Shown here piece after piece: positions 62,373 to 64,000 of a DNA stretch of 64,000 nucleotides. The notes beneath the pieces were generated by a model. It was not told the origin of the DNA. It did not search any database and saw only the letters and a list, made by a program, of their open reading frames with translations. Both the position numbers and the translations under genes were made by a program. Origin of the DNA: Leucoraja erinacea (lineage: Eukaryota); the NCBI RefSeq assembly GCF_028641065.1, contig NC_073390.1, positions 28,582,001 to 28,646,000 on the forward strand, given 5' to 3'. Position 1 is the stretch's first letter; every line of letters begins with the position of its first letter.

Positions 62373-64000
62373 TGAGTTGAGAATTCTGACCAAAAGGTTT
62401 TCCATCGTCTGCAGTGTTTTGATTTCCATCTATTAGGGGGAACGTTGACTGTGTCAGCATGGCCTGGAAAGTGGGAGACGAAGGATGAAGTGATATGAGG
62501 GACAGCAGTGGCAGTAACAAGGAGAGGTGTTCCACACCTGTCTCCACCCACCGCAAACCCCAGACCACTAATGCAGCTATAGGTGGGTGTGGGTGGAGGG
62601 AGTGATGGTCATTGCTACGATGATAATGAGTCTCCTTCGCAACTCGCCCAGCCTGAGTGGGGTGGTGCACCCACTCTGCCTTTAGCTAGTTGGCACCATT
62701 CACATAAGTTGAGTTTATTGTCATATACAAACCTTGTGTGCAGCAGCATCATAGGCACAGTCTTCGATAAAACATACAAAGACACAAGTTATACAAGACA
62801 GTGAAAAGAAAATGACACTGCAAAAAACAAAAGATTAGTTCCAAACGCTGTTAGGAAACAAGTCTCCTTGATGCATGCAGCTTGGATGCTGTTCTTGGGT
62901 GAGGCAAGTTGCCCTCATGGTGGATTTGATCGCTTTCCCCTGCGGGGGGAAGTTCTGCTCGACCGTGATGGATTTCGAGTGGGTTCAGCCTGGCATGTTC
63001 TGGCTGCAGCCTCTCTGTGTTTCTATCGTTTAGGAATGGTTCTGTTCATCTTAGCTGCTCTGTACGATTGAACCACATTTCTGGACTACACTTGCTTCTT
63101 ACAGTTCTGTTGGATTAAGCTTTGTGCGTACTCTGGCCTTTTCTACTGCTAGTCCGCAAGCTAGGGCTGCTCTGCTTCTGGGGTGTGTGCATGGCTCATC
63201 GTTCCTGTGCCCCAGGGACCCTACGGGCAGGGTCATCTTTTCTATCGTTACCACGCCGACACCTGCTGGACCTTCTGTCCCATTCTGAAGCACTTCGAAC
63301 TTCTAACTGTCTGGTTCTCCACCACTGAACCTCTGCAAGTTTCTTTCCAAGTTCTGGGGGGCAGCAGGTGGTGGTCCTATGTTAGAGACTTCCACAGTCT
63401 GTTGAACTCGATAGGTCAAGAACATCTTTGTATATTTTGAAGTCTCCATTTCATTGGTACTCCTTCACAAGTGGGAGCTACCCATTCATCGTGCTGTGCC
63501 AGACCCTAGGGACAACCCACACCGATATTCTACCGCCACTTTGCCCACGGATAACAAAACCACCACCACTCCATTATGAAAGAGCCACCCTCCTGCCTTC
63601 CATCCCCATTCACCGCACGTGCAGTGAAGGCTGCCAATGGACCTATTTCGGTATCTTCGGAGCCAACCGACAACCCCACCCACCAATCCTTCCTTGCAGT
63701 CGTAGCTCTATTCGAAACATAACACCATTTCTCCTGCTAACATTCTTCTCACAGTGCCATAAATCACGTGGCTTAAAGATTCTGGCAAATGACAAGGGTT
63801 GATAGCATGGCAGTCAGCTCCTATTCCATACTAGAGCACCCTGGTGATATTGATCCCCATGGGGATACACTCCGTTTAAAGATGCATGCATCATGCCAAG
63901 TTTGACTCCTGGTTCCCCCTGATCCCCCCTGCCCTCATGTTCAATCACTGTCCCTCCCCCTGCCATGACAGTTGGCACAAGCCCAGATATGTTCACCCTG

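Noticed and set aside
62870-64000. Unclassified sequence with several 60-124 aa ORFs
   Set aside because: No recognisable motifs, termini or splice pattern; possibly an old repeat cut by the window edge.

Overview
Repeat-rich vertebrate genomic DNA, most likely from a cartilaginous fish (skate/ray). This is inferred from HE1/V-SINE-type SINEs, HER1/CR1 LINEs and the Penelope-tail repeat family; there are no prokaryotic features. Two spliced + strand genes can be read directly. The first is the last five coding exons of AMMECR1L (6644-20010; first coding exon lies upstream of the window). The second is a complete six-exon CDS of the piRNA 2'-O-methyltransferase HENMT1 (36843-47957, 373 aa), preceded by a CpG/CRE-rich promoter-like island and a 1.5-kb C-rich satellite. 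Between the genes lies a 7.5-kb LTR-bounded class I endogenous retrovirus (- strand) with a tRNA-Pro PBS, a TCTG TSD and only decayed gag/pro. It carries three nested insertions and itself sits inside a Penelope hammerhead motif. Other content: two Tc1 elements, a fold-back Tigger-like MITE, and many CR1, Rex1/Babar, L1, Nimb and Penelope fragments. The most unusual signals are relics of two self-cleaving ribozyme classes (hammerheads in Penelope tails; an HDV-like fold at the 5' end of a 128-bp TSD-flanked retroposon), a repeat array in the ERV leader, exon-derived templated insertions in HENMT1 introns, and a possible unannotated multi-exon gene at 50-61 kb. Repeat boundaries without TSDs are approximate.
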